A stretch of 38,979 nucleotides of DNA, taken from the sequence record NC_031937.1. One strand, written 5' to 3'. This stretch comes from Escherichia phage LM33_P1. The translations under genes and the position numbers were made by a program. Positions within the stretch are counted from its first letter, which is position 1. Every line of letters starts with the position of its first letter. The notes under the pieces are model-generated. The model ran no database searches. It was given only the letters and a program-made list of their open reading frames with translations, and was not told the origin of the DNA. Positions 17,039 through 26,294 of the stretch are shown one piece after another.

Positions 17039-17112
17039 TTTACTGGGTCGGACTTCTGGCCCTTTACTGCATGTACAAGTGGTTCGGGTCGAACAACCGT
17101 CCTAAACACTGA
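17020..17112 (+). CDS. Small hydrophobic peptide (30 aa) in the gene 6.3 position
   Basis: ATG 7 nt after AAGGAGG, overlapping gene 6 stop; MDTIHVIYWVGLLALYCMYKWFGSNNRPKH; below the ORF-track cutoff. Confidence 0.4.
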   Translation: MDTIHVIYWVGLLALYCMYKWFGSNNRPKH

Positions 17113-17163
17113 GTCTAACCGATAGTCATATCCTATCAATCCAATAGTCATCCATAGGTGAAA

Positions 17164-17186
17164 CACTAAACTATCACTATAGGGAC
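17164..17186 (+). promoter_or_regulatory. Phage RNAP promoter (CTAAACTATCACTATAGGGACT)
   Basis: Consensus match; position equivalent to T7 phi6.5. Confidence 0.75.
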
Positions 17187-17248
17187 TTTAGGACCTAAGA
17201 TATGACTATAAGATAGACTTTAGTCTTAACTTAAAGAGGAGATTCAAG

Positions 17249-17521
17249 ATGGCGATTAATGCTATTGAAAACGTTGTTAAGCAGTTACAGGAAGAAAGAC
17301 TTGATGTCCCGAACATCTCCCAGTCTGCCATCCAGTTCATGCACGTACTGTTCAACGCAAGCTACGCTGAGAAGACTGGAGCTATCAGTCTCCTCAAGCA
17401 GCAAGGCTACAGCGATGCGTTCATTGCCGGATTCATCAAGGGTCTCCAGTATTGTTCTGACACTCTCGACTCTGCGATTGCTATGCGTCGTGAGCTGAAA
17501 GATACCGTTCAGTTCGATTAA
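17249..17521 (+). CDS. Gene 6.5-position protein
   Basis: ORF with RBS AAAGAGGAG directly after promoter; synteny. Confidence 0.6.
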   Translation: MAINAIENVVKQLQEERLDVPNISQSAIQFMHVLFNASYAEKTGAISLLKQQGYSDAFIAGFIKGLQYCSDTLDSAIAMRRELKDTVQFD

Positions 17522-17535
17522 CTGTAGGAGGGACT

Positions 17536-17760
17536 ATGTGTTTCAGTCCAAAGATTAGCACTCCGAAGCCTTCGGTCCAAGCGCCTGAACCAGCACCTCT
17601 GAGTGAGGAGGTTGCGTCAGTTGACATCGGGGCTGAATCGGATGTGGACACCAACGAGACCAAAGGTATCAAAGACCTTAAGGTTAAGAAGGAGTCTGCA
17701 CCTAAAGATAAATCGTCAGTGAGTCGCGCTATGCGAGCCTCTGGCGTAAACATGGGGTAA
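17536..17760 (+). CDS. 6.7: Gene 6.7-like small virion protein
   Basis: N-terminal MCFSPKI..PK and overall similarity to T7 gp6.7. Confidence 0.7.
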   Translation: MCFSPKISTPKPSVQAPEPAPLSEEVASVDIGAESDVDTNETKGIKDLKVKKESAPKDKSSVSRAMRASGVNMG

Positions 17761-17764
17761 GACA

Positions 17765-18187
17765 ATGCTACCATATCTCAACTCACGCGAAGGTCGCCAC
17801 ATGTGCGCCTGCCGCCTCTGGGAAGACGGGCAGTCTAACTTCAAGTCATTCGAGGACTTCAAGGCTCATACTTACCGTATTGCTGACGAGTTCGACGGTG
17901 AAGAGTACACAATCTACGATGTCTCAGGTCAACCAGTAGCGTATCTCTACATGCTGGCTACCACATCTTGGCACCGACCGACTCCCGGTCTTGACCTTTC
18001 AATCGTCGCTATTCGTCGTGACTCGCAGTCCTCCCGCAAGGTTCTTGAGACTGTCAGGTACATCATAGACGAAGAGTGCAAGCGTTGGGGTCTTGGCTGG
18101 TATTCTCGTGTCAAGCATGTTTCCGGGTCGGTAGACATCGTAACAACCAAGTGCGTTAGCGCGAACAAGGAGATTAACCGTGGGTAA
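17765..18187 (+). CDS. Gene 7-position protein (host-range/virion assembly)
   Basis: Synteny between 6.7 and 7.3. Confidence 0.55.
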   Translation: MLPYLNSREGRHMCACRLWEDGQSNFKSFEDFKAHTYRIADEFDGEEYTIYDVSGQPVAYLYMLATTSWHRPTPGLDLSIVAIRRDSQSSRKVLETVRYIIDEECKRWGLGWYSRVKHVSGSVDIVTTKCVSANKEINRG

Positions 18188-18428
18188 ATCAATCAGTAAG
18201 GCCTTCAGTAAAGTAGTAAAAGGTGCTTTAGGGACCGTTGGTCTTGGTTCTAACGATGCACCTAAGGTTGTTGAGGCTCAGACCCCAGCAGCACCAGTGG
18301 AAGTACCGAACGACAAAGTGGAGGATGTGGATACTGAAACAACCGCATCTGACGAGAAGAAAGTGAAGCGCTCCGGTAAGCGTAGCCTTCAGGTCTCTCG
18401 TACATCTGGTGGCGGTATTTCTATATAA
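18180..18428 (+). CDS. 7.3: Gene 7.3-like tail-associated protein
   Basis: Similarity to T7 gp7.3 (MGK..K....K, C-terminal KRSGK.SL.V.R.SGGGI.I); GTG start overlapping gene 7 stop. Confidence 0.7.
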   Translation: MGKSISKAFSKVVKGALGTVGLGSNDAPKVVEAQTPAAPVEVPNDKVEDVDTETTASDEKKVKRSGKRSLQVSRTSGGGISI

Positions 18429-18439
18429 GGAGGTGACGA

Positions 18440-20008
18440 ATGGCTGAACGTGAAGGGTTCGCTGCTGAAGGCGCTAAGTCAGTTTATGATAGATTGAAGA
18501 ACGGACGACAGCCTTACGAGACCCGCGCACAGAACTGTGCTGCTGTCACTATCCCGTCACTGTTTCCTAAGGAATCAGACAACTCGTCTACTGAATATAC
18601 CACTCCGTGGCAAGCTGTAGGTGCTCGCTGCTTGAACAACTTGGCTGCAAAGCTGATGTTGGCGTTATTCCCTCAGTCACCGTGGATGCGACTGACAGTC
18701 TCCGAATATGAGGCCAAGACCTTGAGTCAGGACTCAGAGGCTGCTGCTCGTGTTGACGAAGGGCTTGCTATGGTCGAGCGTGTGTTGATGGCCTACATGG
18801 AGACTAACAGTTTCCGTGTGCCATTGTTCGAAGCTCTGAAGCAGCTTATCGTCTCCGGTAACTGTCTGCTTTACATTCCAGAGCCTGAACAGGGTACTTA
18901 CAGTCCGATGCGGATGTACCGCTTAGTGTCTTACGTTGTTCAACGTGATGCGTTCGGTAACATCTTGCAGATTGTGACTCTCGACAAGGTAGCTTTCAGT
19001 GCTCTACCGGAAGACGTGAAGTCTCAACTCAATGCAGACGACTATGAGCCTGACACCGAGCTTGAAGTGTATACGCACATCTACCGTCAAGACGACGAGT
19101 ATCTACGCTACGAGGAAGTGGAAGGGATTGAGGTAGCAGGGACCGATGGTTCCTACCCGCTGACTGCATGTCCGTACATCCCGGTACGAATGGTTCGACT
19201 GGATGGTGAAGACTACGGTCGTTCTTACTGCGAGGAGTATCTGGGCGACCTTAACTCGCTGGAGACGATTACAGAAGCTATCACCAAAATGGCTAAGGTA
19301 GCCTCCAAGGTGGTGGGACTCGTTAACCCGAACGGTATCACGCAACCTCGACGTCTGAACAAGGCGGCTACAGGTGAGTTCGTGGCTGGTCGCGTTGAGG
19401 ACATCAACTTCCTGCAACTGACGAAAGGTCAGGACTTTACGATTGCCAAGTCGGTGGCTGACGCTATAGAGCAACGTTTAGGCTGGGCCTTCCTTCTTAA
19501 TAGTGCTGTTCAGCGTAATGCCGAGCGGGTCACTGCTGAAGAGATTCGTTATGTTGCTGGCGAACTGGAGGCGACCTTAGGTGGCGTGTACTCAGTACAA
19601 TCACAAGAGCTTCAGTTGCCTATCGTCCGTGTGCTGATGAACCAGCTTCAGTCTGCTGGCATGATTCCTGACCTTCCGAAAGAAGCGGTAGAGCCTACGG
19701 TCTCCACTGGTCTTGAAGCGTTAGGCCGTGGTCAAGACTTAGAGAAGCTGACTCAGGCAGTCAACATGATGACCGGGCTACAGCCTCTGGCTCAGGACCC
19801 AGACATTAACTTGCCGACCCTGAAGCTGCGACTGCTGAATGCCTTAGGCATTGACACCGCTGGTCTACTCCTTACGCAGGACGAGAAGATTCAGCGCATG
19901 GCTGAACAGTCGTCTCAACAGGCAGTAGTCCAAGGTGCTGGTGCTGCTGGTGCCAACATGGGCGCTGCTGTAGGTCAGGGAGCTGGTGAGGACATGGCTC
20001 AAGCCTAA
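18440..20008 (+). CDS. 8: Head-to-tail connector (portal) protein
   Basis: Collinear similarity to T7 gp8 (GAKSVY.RLKN.R.PYETRAQNCA..TIPSLFPK.SDN.ST.Y.TPWQAVGAR.LNNLA.KLMLALFP). Confidence 0.93.
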   Translation: MAEREGFAAEGAKSVYDRLKNGRQPYETRAQNCAAVTIPSLFPKESDNSSTEYTTPWQAVGARCLNNLAAKLMLALFPQSPWMRLTVSEYEAKTLSQDSEAAARVDEGLAMVERVLMAYMETNSFRVPLFEALKQLIVSGNCLLYIPEPEQGTYSPMRMYRLVSYVVQRDAFGNILQIVTLDKVAFSALPEDVKSQLNADDYEPDTELEVYTHIYRQDDEYLRYEEVEGIEVAGTDGSYPLTACPYIPVRMVRLDGEDYGRSYCEEYLGDLNSLETITEAITKMAKVASKVVGLVNPNGITQPRRLNKAATGEFVAGRVEDINFLQLTKGQDFTIAKSVADAIEQRLGWAFLLNSAVQRNAERVTAEEIRYVAGELEATLGGVYSVQSQELQLPIVRVLMNQLQSAGMIPDLPKEAVEPTVSTGLEALGRGQDLEKLTQAVNMMTGLQPLAQDPDINLPTLKLRLLNALGIDTAGLLLTQDEKIQRMAEQSSQQAVVQGAGAAGANMGAAVGQGAGEDMAQA

Positions 20009-20026
20009 ACTATCACTATAGGAACA
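20004..20026 (+). promoter_or_regulatory. Phage RNAP promoter (CTAAACTATCACTATAGGAACA)
   Basis: Consensus match; upstream of scaffold gene. Confidence 0.75.
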
Positions 20027-20102
20027 ACACCGTAAGTCCAACTCTAGGTGAGTCAACTAGACGAGGCAGGTGTTACCTATTAACTACCAAAGGAGAGACT
20101 TA

Positions 20103-20987
20103 ATGTCCCAATCAGTTTATGCCGAGTTCGGCGTTAGTCCTAATGCAATCACTGGTTCCGTTGAGGACCTGAACGAACACCAGAAGTCTATGCTTGAACA
20201 GGACGTAGCTGTTCGTGATGGCGATGACGCTATTACCTTCAAGCAACTGGAAGCCGAAAACGAAGAGGCTACCGAAGAAGACGAGAACGTCGAAGAGACT
20301 GAAGGTGAAGAAGACCACGAGTCAGATGATGAAGAGTCTGAGACCGATGGTGAGCAGCCGGAGTTCATCGAACTAGGTGATGCGCCGAAAGAGCTGACTG
20401 AAAGTGTCACCGCTCTGGATGAAAACGAAGCTGCATTCGACGACATGGTGTCTTCTGCTGTAGAAGCTGGCAAGGTCACTGCTGATGAAATTACCGCTAT
20501 CAAGGCTGAATACGCCAAGGACGGTAAGCTGTCTGACGCATCCTACGCTAAGTTGCAGGAAGCAGGTTACACAAAGCGTTTCGTAGATTCGTTTGTCCGT
20601 GGTCAGGAAGCTCTGGCTGAACAGTATGCTGCTGGTGTGGTTCGCTACGCTGGTGGTGCTGAACAGTTTAATCGCATCCTGTCACACCTTGAGTCCAACG
20701 ACCCGTCAACTCGTGAAGCATTGGAAGCTGCCATCGTTCGTAAGGACATTGCGACTACCAAAGCTCTGCTGAATCTGGCTGGCAAGACTCTGGGTAAAGC
20801 TGTAGGCGTTAAACCTCAGCGTACCATCACCAATCAGGCTAAACCTGTGGTTGCACCTAAGGCTCCTCAGACCGAAGCATTCAGCTCCAAGGCTGACATG
20901 ATTAAGGCTATGAGTGACCCGCGATACCTGCGTGACGCTAAGTACACGATGGAAGTTCGAGCTAAGGTAGCTGCCTCAAGCCTGTAG
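20103..20987 (+). CDS. 9: Capsid assembly (scaffolding) protein
   Basis: Similarity to T7 gp9 (acidic E/D-rich centre, ..SYAKL.E.GYTK.F.DS..RGQEAL.EQY, C-terminal AMSDPRY..DA.Y); start at ATG after RBS AAAGGAGAG (track ORF begins 20070). Confidence 0.88.
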   Translation: MSQSVYAEFGVSPNAITGSVEDLNEHQKSMLEQDVAVRDGDDAITFKQLEAENEEATEEDENVEETEGEEDHESDDEESETDGEQPEFIELGDAPKELTESVTALDENEAAFDDMVSSAVEAGKVTADEITAIKAEYAKDGKLSDASYAKLQEAGYTKRFVDSFVRGQEALAEQYAAGVVRYAGGAEQFNRILSHLESNDPSTREALEAAIVRKDIATTKALLNLAGKTLGKAVGVKPQRTITNQAKPVVAPKAPQTEAFSSKADMIKAMSDPRYLRDAKYTMEVRAKVAASSL

Positions 20988-20988
20988 G

Positions 20989-21011
20989 ACTAAACTATCA
21001 CTATAGGGAGA
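20989..21011 (+). promoter_or_regulatory. Phage RNAP promoter, exact class III-like (CTAAACTATCACTATAGGGAGACC) upstream of capsid gene
   Basis: Best consensus match; followed by 5' stem-loop GGGAGACC...GGTTTCCC and AT-rich leader, as for T7 phi10. Confidence 0.8.
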
Positions 21012-21114
21012 CCAAGAGACAGACTCAAGGTTTCCCCTATTACTTAAGTCCATACGGATTGGGCGTACAGTAAGTAATAAACTTTATTTTTCAATTGAAT
21101 AGGAGAATTATCAT

Positions 21115-22164
21115 ATGGCAAACGTTCCGGGTCAGAAAGTTGGTACAGACCAAGGTAAAGGCAACTCTGGTTCCGACGCTCTGGCGTTGTTCCTGAAGGT
21201 ATTTGCTGGCGAAGTCCTGACCGCATTCACTCGCCGCTCTGTAACTGCTGACAAGCATATTGTCCGTACCATTCAGAACGGTAAGTCTGCTCAGTTCCCG
21301 GTCATGGGTCGCACCTCTGGTGTGTATCTGGCTCCGGGTGAGAGACTGTCCGATAAGCGTAAAGGTATCAAACATACCGAGAAAGTGATTACCATTGATG
21401 GTCTGCTGACTGCCGATGTGATGATTTTCGACATTGAAGACGCGATGAACCACTATGACGTGGCTGGTGAGTATTCCAACCAGTTGGGTGAAGCTCTGGC
21501 TATCGCTGCCGATGGTGCGGTACTGGCTGAGATGGCTATTCTGTGTAACCTACCGGCTGCATCTGATGAAAACATCGCTGGTCTTGGCAAAGCGTCTGTG
21601 CTGGAAGTTGGTACTAAAGCAGACCTGAACACTCCGGCTAAGCTGGGTGAAGCAATCATCGGTCAACTGACCATTGCTCGTGCGAAGCTGACATCCAACT
21701 ACGTTCCTGCTGGCGACCGTTACTTCTACACCACGCCGGACAACTACTCTGCAATCCTCGCGGCTCTGATGCCGAACGCTGCTAACTATGCTGCGCTGAT
21801 TGACCCAGAGACTGGTAACATCCGTAACGTAATGGGCTTCGTGGTTGTTGAAGTTCCACACTTGACTCAGGGTGGTGCTGGGGAAACTCGTGGTGCCGAT
21901 GGTATCACTATTGCGACTGGTCAGAAGCACGCCTTCCCAGCTACTGCTACTGGTGATGTTAAAGTTGCTCTGGACAACGTTGTGGGCCTGTTCTCTCACC
22001 GTTCTGCTGTAGGTACTGTTAAGCTGCGTGACTTGGCGCTGGAACGTGACCGTGACGTCGATGCTCAGGGCGACCTGATTGTTGGTAAGTACGCTATGGG
22101 TCACGGTGGTCTGCGTCCAGAAGCAGCAGGCGCACTGGTTTTCACAGCGGCGTCAGCGGGTTAA
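21115..22164 (+). CDS. 10: Major capsid protein 10A
   Basis: Similarity to T7 gp10A; strong RBS; 349 aa. Confidence 0.93.
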   Translation: MANVPGQKVGTDQGKGNSGSDALALFLKVFAGEVLTAFTRRSVTADKHIVRTIQNGKSAQFPVMGRTSGVYLAPGERLSDKRKGIKHTEKVITIDGLLTADVMIFDIEDAMNHYDVAGEYSNQLGEALAIAADGAVLAEMAILCNLPAASDENIAGLGKASVLEVGTKADLNTPAKLGEAIIGQLTIARAKLTSNYVPAGDRYFYTTPDNYSAILAALMPNAANYAALIDPETGNIRNVMGFVVVEVPHLTQGGAGETRGADGITIATGQKHAFPATATGDVKVALDNVVGLFSHRSAVGTVKLRDLALERDRDVDAQGDLIVGKYAMGHGGLRPEAAGALVFTAASAG

Positions 22165-22427
22165 CGACCTTTAAGGCCCTCTCTACAGAGGGTCCTACCT
22201 TAGAGACGTATAGTTCTACGGTGGGAACCAGCCTGAAGGTTGACTTCCCTGAGCTTTCAGATGTGACCGATTGGTCGCTGCTTGAGGTGACTACGCCTGA
22301 TGGTGTTAGCTACTCCCGTAGAACCAACAGTCTCTACTTCAAGGCCACCTCTGGCGTGGAAGGTCTGGTGATTGTTGGGTATGACGGGACGCCTGTGCGT
22401 TCCTTCAACGTATCTTTCACAAACTAA
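22137..22427 (+). CDS. 10: Capsid 10B C-terminal extension reached by -1 frameshift at GGTTTTC
   Basis: -1 frame is open from the slippery run GGTTTTC (22137-22143) to TAA at 22427; same arrangement as T7 10A/10B. Confidence 0.55.
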   Translation, partial: GFHSGVSGLTTFKALSTEGPTLETYSSTVGTSLKVDFPELSDVTDWSLLEVTTPDGVSYSRRTNSLYFKATSGVEGLVIVGYDGTPVRSFNVSFTN

Positions 22428-22430
22428 TTG

Positions 22431-22470
22431 AAACCCCTTGGGTGCCTTCGGGTGCTTGAGGGGTTTTTTT
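22431..22470 (+). terminator. T-phi-like terminator for phage RNAP (G-U-rich hairpin plus T7 tract)
   Basis: AACCCCTTGGGTGCCTTCGGGTGCTTGAGGGGTTTTTTTG closely resembles T7 T-phi. Confidence 0.85.
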
Positions 22471-22485
22471 GCTTAAGGAGGGACT

Positions 22486-22575
22486 ATGGTCCTTATTTAC
22501 ACAGGGTTAGCACTATTCGTCTTATTCTGGGCGTACCTGCTGTCCAGCTCACCGTCTAGCGCCTATGACCGTTAA
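22486..22575 (+). CDS. Small hydrophobic peptide (29 aa) between T-phi and gene 11
   Basis: Strong RBS TAAGGAGGG 5-7 nt upstream of ATG; MVLIYTGLALFVLFWAYLLSSSPSSAYDR; below the ORF-track cutoff. Confidence 0.4.
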   Translation: MVLIYTGLALFVLFWAYLLSSSPSSAYDR

Positions 22576-22586
22576 GGAGTAAACCT

Positions 22587-23153
22587 ATGGCTCAATACAT
22601 TCCACTGAATGCTAACGATGACTTAGATGCCATCAACGATATGTTAGCAGCTATCGGTGAACCAGCAGTCCTACAGCTTGACGAAGGTAACGCTGACGTC
22701 TCGAACGCTCAACGTATCCTGCATCGTGTCAATCGTCAGGTCCAAGCTAAAGGCTGGAACTTTAACATCAACGAAGCTGCTGTCCTGACGCCTGATGTCC
22801 AAGACAACAGGATTAGATTCCTGCCGTCTTACCTTCGGGTCATGACTGCTGGTGCTACCAGTTACTACAGCAACATGGGGGGCTATCTCTATGACCTGTC
22901 CACTCAGTCCACGACCTTCACTGGACCAATTACAGTCGAACTGGTGGAGATGAAACCGTTCGCTGAGATGCCTGTAGTATTCCGTGACTACATCGTTACC
23001 AAGGCTAGCCGTGAGTTCAACGCTAAGTTCTTCGGTAGCCCAGAGTCTGAACTGTACCTTCGTGAGCAGGAAGCAGAACTCTATCAGCAGGTTATGGAAT
23101 ACGAGATGGACACTGGTCGCTACAACATGATGTCTGACATTGGGAGGGACTAA
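22587..23153 (+). CDS. 11: Tail tubular protein A
   Basis: Similarity to T7 gp11 (..ND.L..IGEP.V..L..G); RBS TAAGGAG. Confidence 0.85.
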   Translation: MAQYIPLNANDDLDAINDMLAAIGEPAVLQLDEGNADVSNAQRILHRVNRQVQAKGWNFNINEAAVLTPDVQDNRIRFLPSYLRVMTAGATSYYSNMGGYLYDLSTQSTTFTGPITVELVEMKPFAEMPVVFRDYIVTKASREFNAKFFGSPESELYLREQEAELYQQVMEYEMDTGRYNMMSDIGRD

Positions 23154-23380
23154 TGGCTAGTCACAACCTGAAGATTCACCGCCAGCACTTTGGTCCGGTA
23201 CAGCTAGGTCTAAAGACAGCAGAGCTGAGACTTAACGACCGGGACTTTAAGGTTGGCGACTGGCTTATCCTGAATGAGTGGGACAACGGGTATACTGGAC
23301 AACAGGTAGCACGTAAGGTTGTCCACATTGCTGACGTTGGTGACATCGCTGAGGGATACGTCCTAATGAGTATGATTTAA
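23153..23380 (+). CDS. Small ASCH/PUA-like (DUF3850-type) protein (75 aa)
   Basis: Pattern LKIH...F.....G.KT.E.R.NDRDF.VGD.L.L.EWD...YTG......V..I recalled as typical of ASCH-like domains; ATG overlaps gp11 stop (TAATG). Confidence 0.6.
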   Translation: MASHNLKIHRQHFGPVQLGLKTAELRLNDRDFKVGDWLILNEWDNGYTGQQVARKVVHIADVGDIAEGYVLMSMI

Positions 23381-23389
23381 GGAGGGCAT

Positions 23390-25747
23390 ATGCCGCTTAT
23401 TACGCAAAGCATAAAAAATCTTAAGGGTGGCATTAGCCAACAGCCTGACATCCTGAGGTTCTCAGACCAAGGCGAGGCTCAAGTTAACTGCTGGTCATCC
23501 GAGAGTGATGGCCTCCAGAAGCGTCCACCTACAGTCTTCAAGCGACGTCTTAACATCGACGTTGGGAGCAACCCTAAGTTCCACCTGATTAACCGTGATG
23601 AGCAGGAGCAGTATTACATCGTGTTCAACGGGTCCAACATTCAGGTAGTCGACTTGAGCGGTAATCAATACTCAGTTTCAGGTGCGGTAGACTACGTTAA
23701 GTCGTCCAACCCGCGAGATGACATCCGTGTCGTTACAGTTGCAGACTATACGTTCATCGTGAACCGTAAGGTTGTCGTTAACGGTGGAAGCGAGAAGTCA
23801 CACTCTGGTTATAATCGTAAAGCTCGTGCTTTAATTAACCTGCGTGGTGGACAGTATGGTCGCACCCTTAAGGTAGGAATCAACGGAGGCGTTAAGGTTT
23901 CGCATAAGTTGCCAGCAGGTAATGATGCCGAGAATGACCCTCCTAAGGTTGATGCTCAGGCTATCGGTGCAGCTCTGAGAGACCTTCTTGTTGCTGCTTA
24001 CCCTACCTTCACGTTCGACCTTGGGTCTGGATTCCTGTTAATCACTGCCCCTTCAGGGACTGACATTAACTCAGTGGAGACGGAGGATGGCTACGCTAAC
24101 CAGCTAATCAGCCCAGTACTCGACACGGTGCAAACAATCTCTAAGCTGCCTCTTGCAGCTCCAAATGGGTACATCATTAAGATTCAAGGTGAGACCAACA
24201 GTAGCGCCGATGAGTATTACGTGATGTATGACTCCAACACTAAGACGTGGAAGGAGACAGTAGAGCCGGGAGTGGTCACTGGGTTCGATAACACCACAAT
24301 GCCACATGCTCTGGTTAGACAATCTGACGGCTCCTTTGAGTTCAAGACTCTGGACTGGTCTAAGCGGGGTGCTGGTAATGATGACACAAACCCTATGCCT
24401 AGCTTCGTGGATGCTACGATTAACGATGTGTTCTTCTACAGGAACAGGCTAGGGTTCTTGTCAGGAGAGAACGTAATCATGAGCCGTTCAGCCAGCTACT
24501 TTGCGTTCTTCCCTAAGAGTGTGGCGACATTGAGTGATGATGACCCTATTGACGTAGCTGTAAGTCACCCTAGAATCTCAATACTTAAGTATGCCGTTCC
24601 GTTTAGCGAGCAGCTACTACTTTGGTCAGATGAGGTGCAGTTCGTGATGACAAGCTCGGGGGTCCTTACCTCGAAGTCTATCCAGCTTGATGTAGGCTCA
24701 GAGTTTGCCTTAGGAGATAACGCCAGACCGTTCGCTGTAGGACGCTCAGTCTTCTTCTCAGCGCCTCGTGGATCATTCACCAGTATTAAGCGATACTTCG
24801 CTGTAGCAGATGTGTCTGACGTGAAGGATGCCGATGATACCACTGGTCACGTACTGTCCTATATCCCTAACGGGGTGTTTGACATTCAAGGTACAGGGAC
24901 TGAGAACTACATCTGCGTCAACTCCACAGGTGCATACAACCGAATCTACATCTACAAGTTCTTGTTTAAGGACGGCGTACAACTTCAAGCCTCTTGGTCG
25001 CACTGGGAGTTCCCTAAAGCTGATAAGATTCTGGCGTCTGCGTCGATTGGCTCTACCATGTTCATTGTTCGTCAGCACCAATGGGGTGTGGACATTGAGC
25101 ACCTTAAGTTCATCAAGGAGGCAACCGACTTTCCATTAGAGCCGTATAGACTCCACGTTGACTCTAAGGTGTCTATGGTAATCCCAATTGGCTCATATAA
25201 CGCTGACACCTATGAGACTACGGTCGACATTGGTTCTGCTTATGGTGGAAACGCTCCGTCTCCCGGTCGGTACTATCTGATTGACAGTCAGGGTGCCTAT
25301 GTGGACCTTGGTGAACTGACCAACATCTCAACTGTGGCTATACTCAATGGCGATTGGTCGGGACGTACAGTGTTCATCGGACGGTCTTATCTGATGTCCT
25401 ACAAGTTCTCACGGTTCCTGATTAAGATTGAAGACGATAGTGGCACTCAGTCTGAAGACACTGGACGTCTACAGCTTCGTAGGGCTTGGGTCAACTACAA
25501 GGACACTGGCGCTCTTAGACTCATTGTCAGAAACGGTGAGCGGGAGTTCGTGAACACCTTTAATGGGTACACCCTTGGTCAGCAACCCATCGGGACTACC
25601 AACATTGGGGACGGTCAGTATCGCTTCGCTATGAATGGTAACGCATTAACCACGAGTCTAACCTTAGAGTCAGACTATCCTACCCCAGTGTCCATCGTTG
25701 GGTGTGGCTGGGAGGCGTCATACGCTAAGAAAGCTCGTTCCGTCTAA
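23390..25747 (+). CDS. 12: Tail tubular protein B
   Basis: Size (785 aa), synteny and similarity to T7 gp12; RBS TAAGGAGGG. Confidence 0.9.
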   Translation: MPLITQSIKNLKGGISQQPDILRFSDQGEAQVNCWSSESDGLQKRPPTVFKRRLNIDVGSNPKFHLINRDEQEQYYIVFNGSNIQVVDLSGNQYSVSGAVDYVKSSNPRDDIRVVTVADYTFIVNRKVVVNGGSEKSHSGYNRKARALINLRGGQYGRTLKVGINGGVKVSHKLPAGNDAENDPPKVDAQAIGAALRDLLVAAYPTFTFDLGSGFLLITAPSGTDINSVETEDGYANQLISPVLDTVQTISKLPLAAPNGYIIKIQGETNSSADEYYVMYDSNTKTWKETVEPGVVTGFDNTTMPHALVRQSDGSFEFKTLDWSKRGAGNDDTNPMPSFVDATINDVFFYRNRLGFLSGENVIMSRSASYFAFFPKSVATLSDDDPIDVAVSHPRISILKYAVPFSEQLLLWSDEVQFVMTSSGVLTSKSIQLDVGSEFALGDNARPFAVGRSVFFSAPRGSFTSIKRYFAVADVSDVKDADDTTGHVLSYIPNGVFDIQGTGTENYICVNSTGAYNRIYIYKFLFKDGVQLQASWSHWEFPKADKILASASIGSTMFIVRQHQWGVDIEHLKFIKEATDFPLEPYRLHVDSKVSMVIPIGSYNADTYETTVDIGSAYGGNAPSPGRYYLIDSQGAYVDLGELTNISTVAILNGDWSGRTVFIGRSYLMSYKFSRFLIKIEDDSGTQSEDTGRLQLRRAWVNYKDTGALRLIVRNGEREFVNTFNGYTLGQQPIGTTNIGDGQYRFAMNGNALTTSLTLESDYPTPVSIVGCGWEASYAKKARSV

Positions 25748-25771
25748 CTTATTGAAGGGCCTATAGATTTA

Positions 25772-25794
25772 CCTTAACTATCACTATAGGGACT
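25772..25794 (+). promoter_or_regulatory. Phage RNAP promoter (CCTTAACTATCACTATAGGGACT)
   Basis: Consensus match; position equivalent to T7 phi13. Confidence 0.75.
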
Positions 25795-25823
25795 ATAGGC
25801 CCTTAAGGTTATAAGGAGACTTT

Positions 25824-26294
25824 ATGTATATTCGCAAGGCTACGGAACAGGATGTCCACTACTTTCTGTGGCATCTTTCAGCAGATGATGTTAATGAGTG
25901 CAAAGCAAACTACGGGTCAACCGTGGGTCTCTCAGAGAGACTGCTTAAGCATCTATCTCCGTCATCTGTGGTTTTAACGAACGGTGTAGGTGAAGTGTTT
26001 GCCTATGGTGGAAACCAAGGGGATAACGTATGGTTCTTGACTTCGGGTCTGGTCCACAAGCTGAGACCTAAAGAGAAGCGAGAGTTCATAAAGCGTATCT
26101 CTGAGTACAGGGACTTAATGTTAGACCAATACGGGACCATCTGGAACTACGTGTGGTCAGGCAATAAGTCTCACATTAAATTCTTGAAGTTGCTTGGGGC
26201 TAAGTTCCATGATGATTGGACTATCAGCCCGGTAACTGGTGAGCATTTTCAATTATTCACTATCTCTAAGGAGGACGTATGTGTGAACCCGTAA
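25824..26294 (+). CDS. Gene 13-position protein (internal virion/assembly protein)
   Basis: Synteny; RBS TAAGGAGA after promoter. Confidence 0.6.
   Translation: MYIRKATEQDVHYFLWHLSADDVNECKANYGSTVGLSERLLKHLSPSSVVLTNGVGEVFAYGGNQGDNVWFLTSGLVHKLRPKEKREFIKRISEYRDLMLDQYGTIWNYVWSGNKSHIKFLKLLGAKFHDDWTISPVTGEHFQLFTISKEDVCVNP

Noticed and set aside
20117-20518. Antisense ORF (133 aa) inside the scaffold gene
   Set aside because: Serine-rich translation of the reverse strand of an acidic-repeat coding region; whole genome is transcribed rightward and no promoter or RBS is present.
21550-22104. Antisense ORF (184 aa) inside the major capsid gene
   Set aside because: Opposite strand of a highly expressed, conserved gene; no expression signals; typical spurious ORF.
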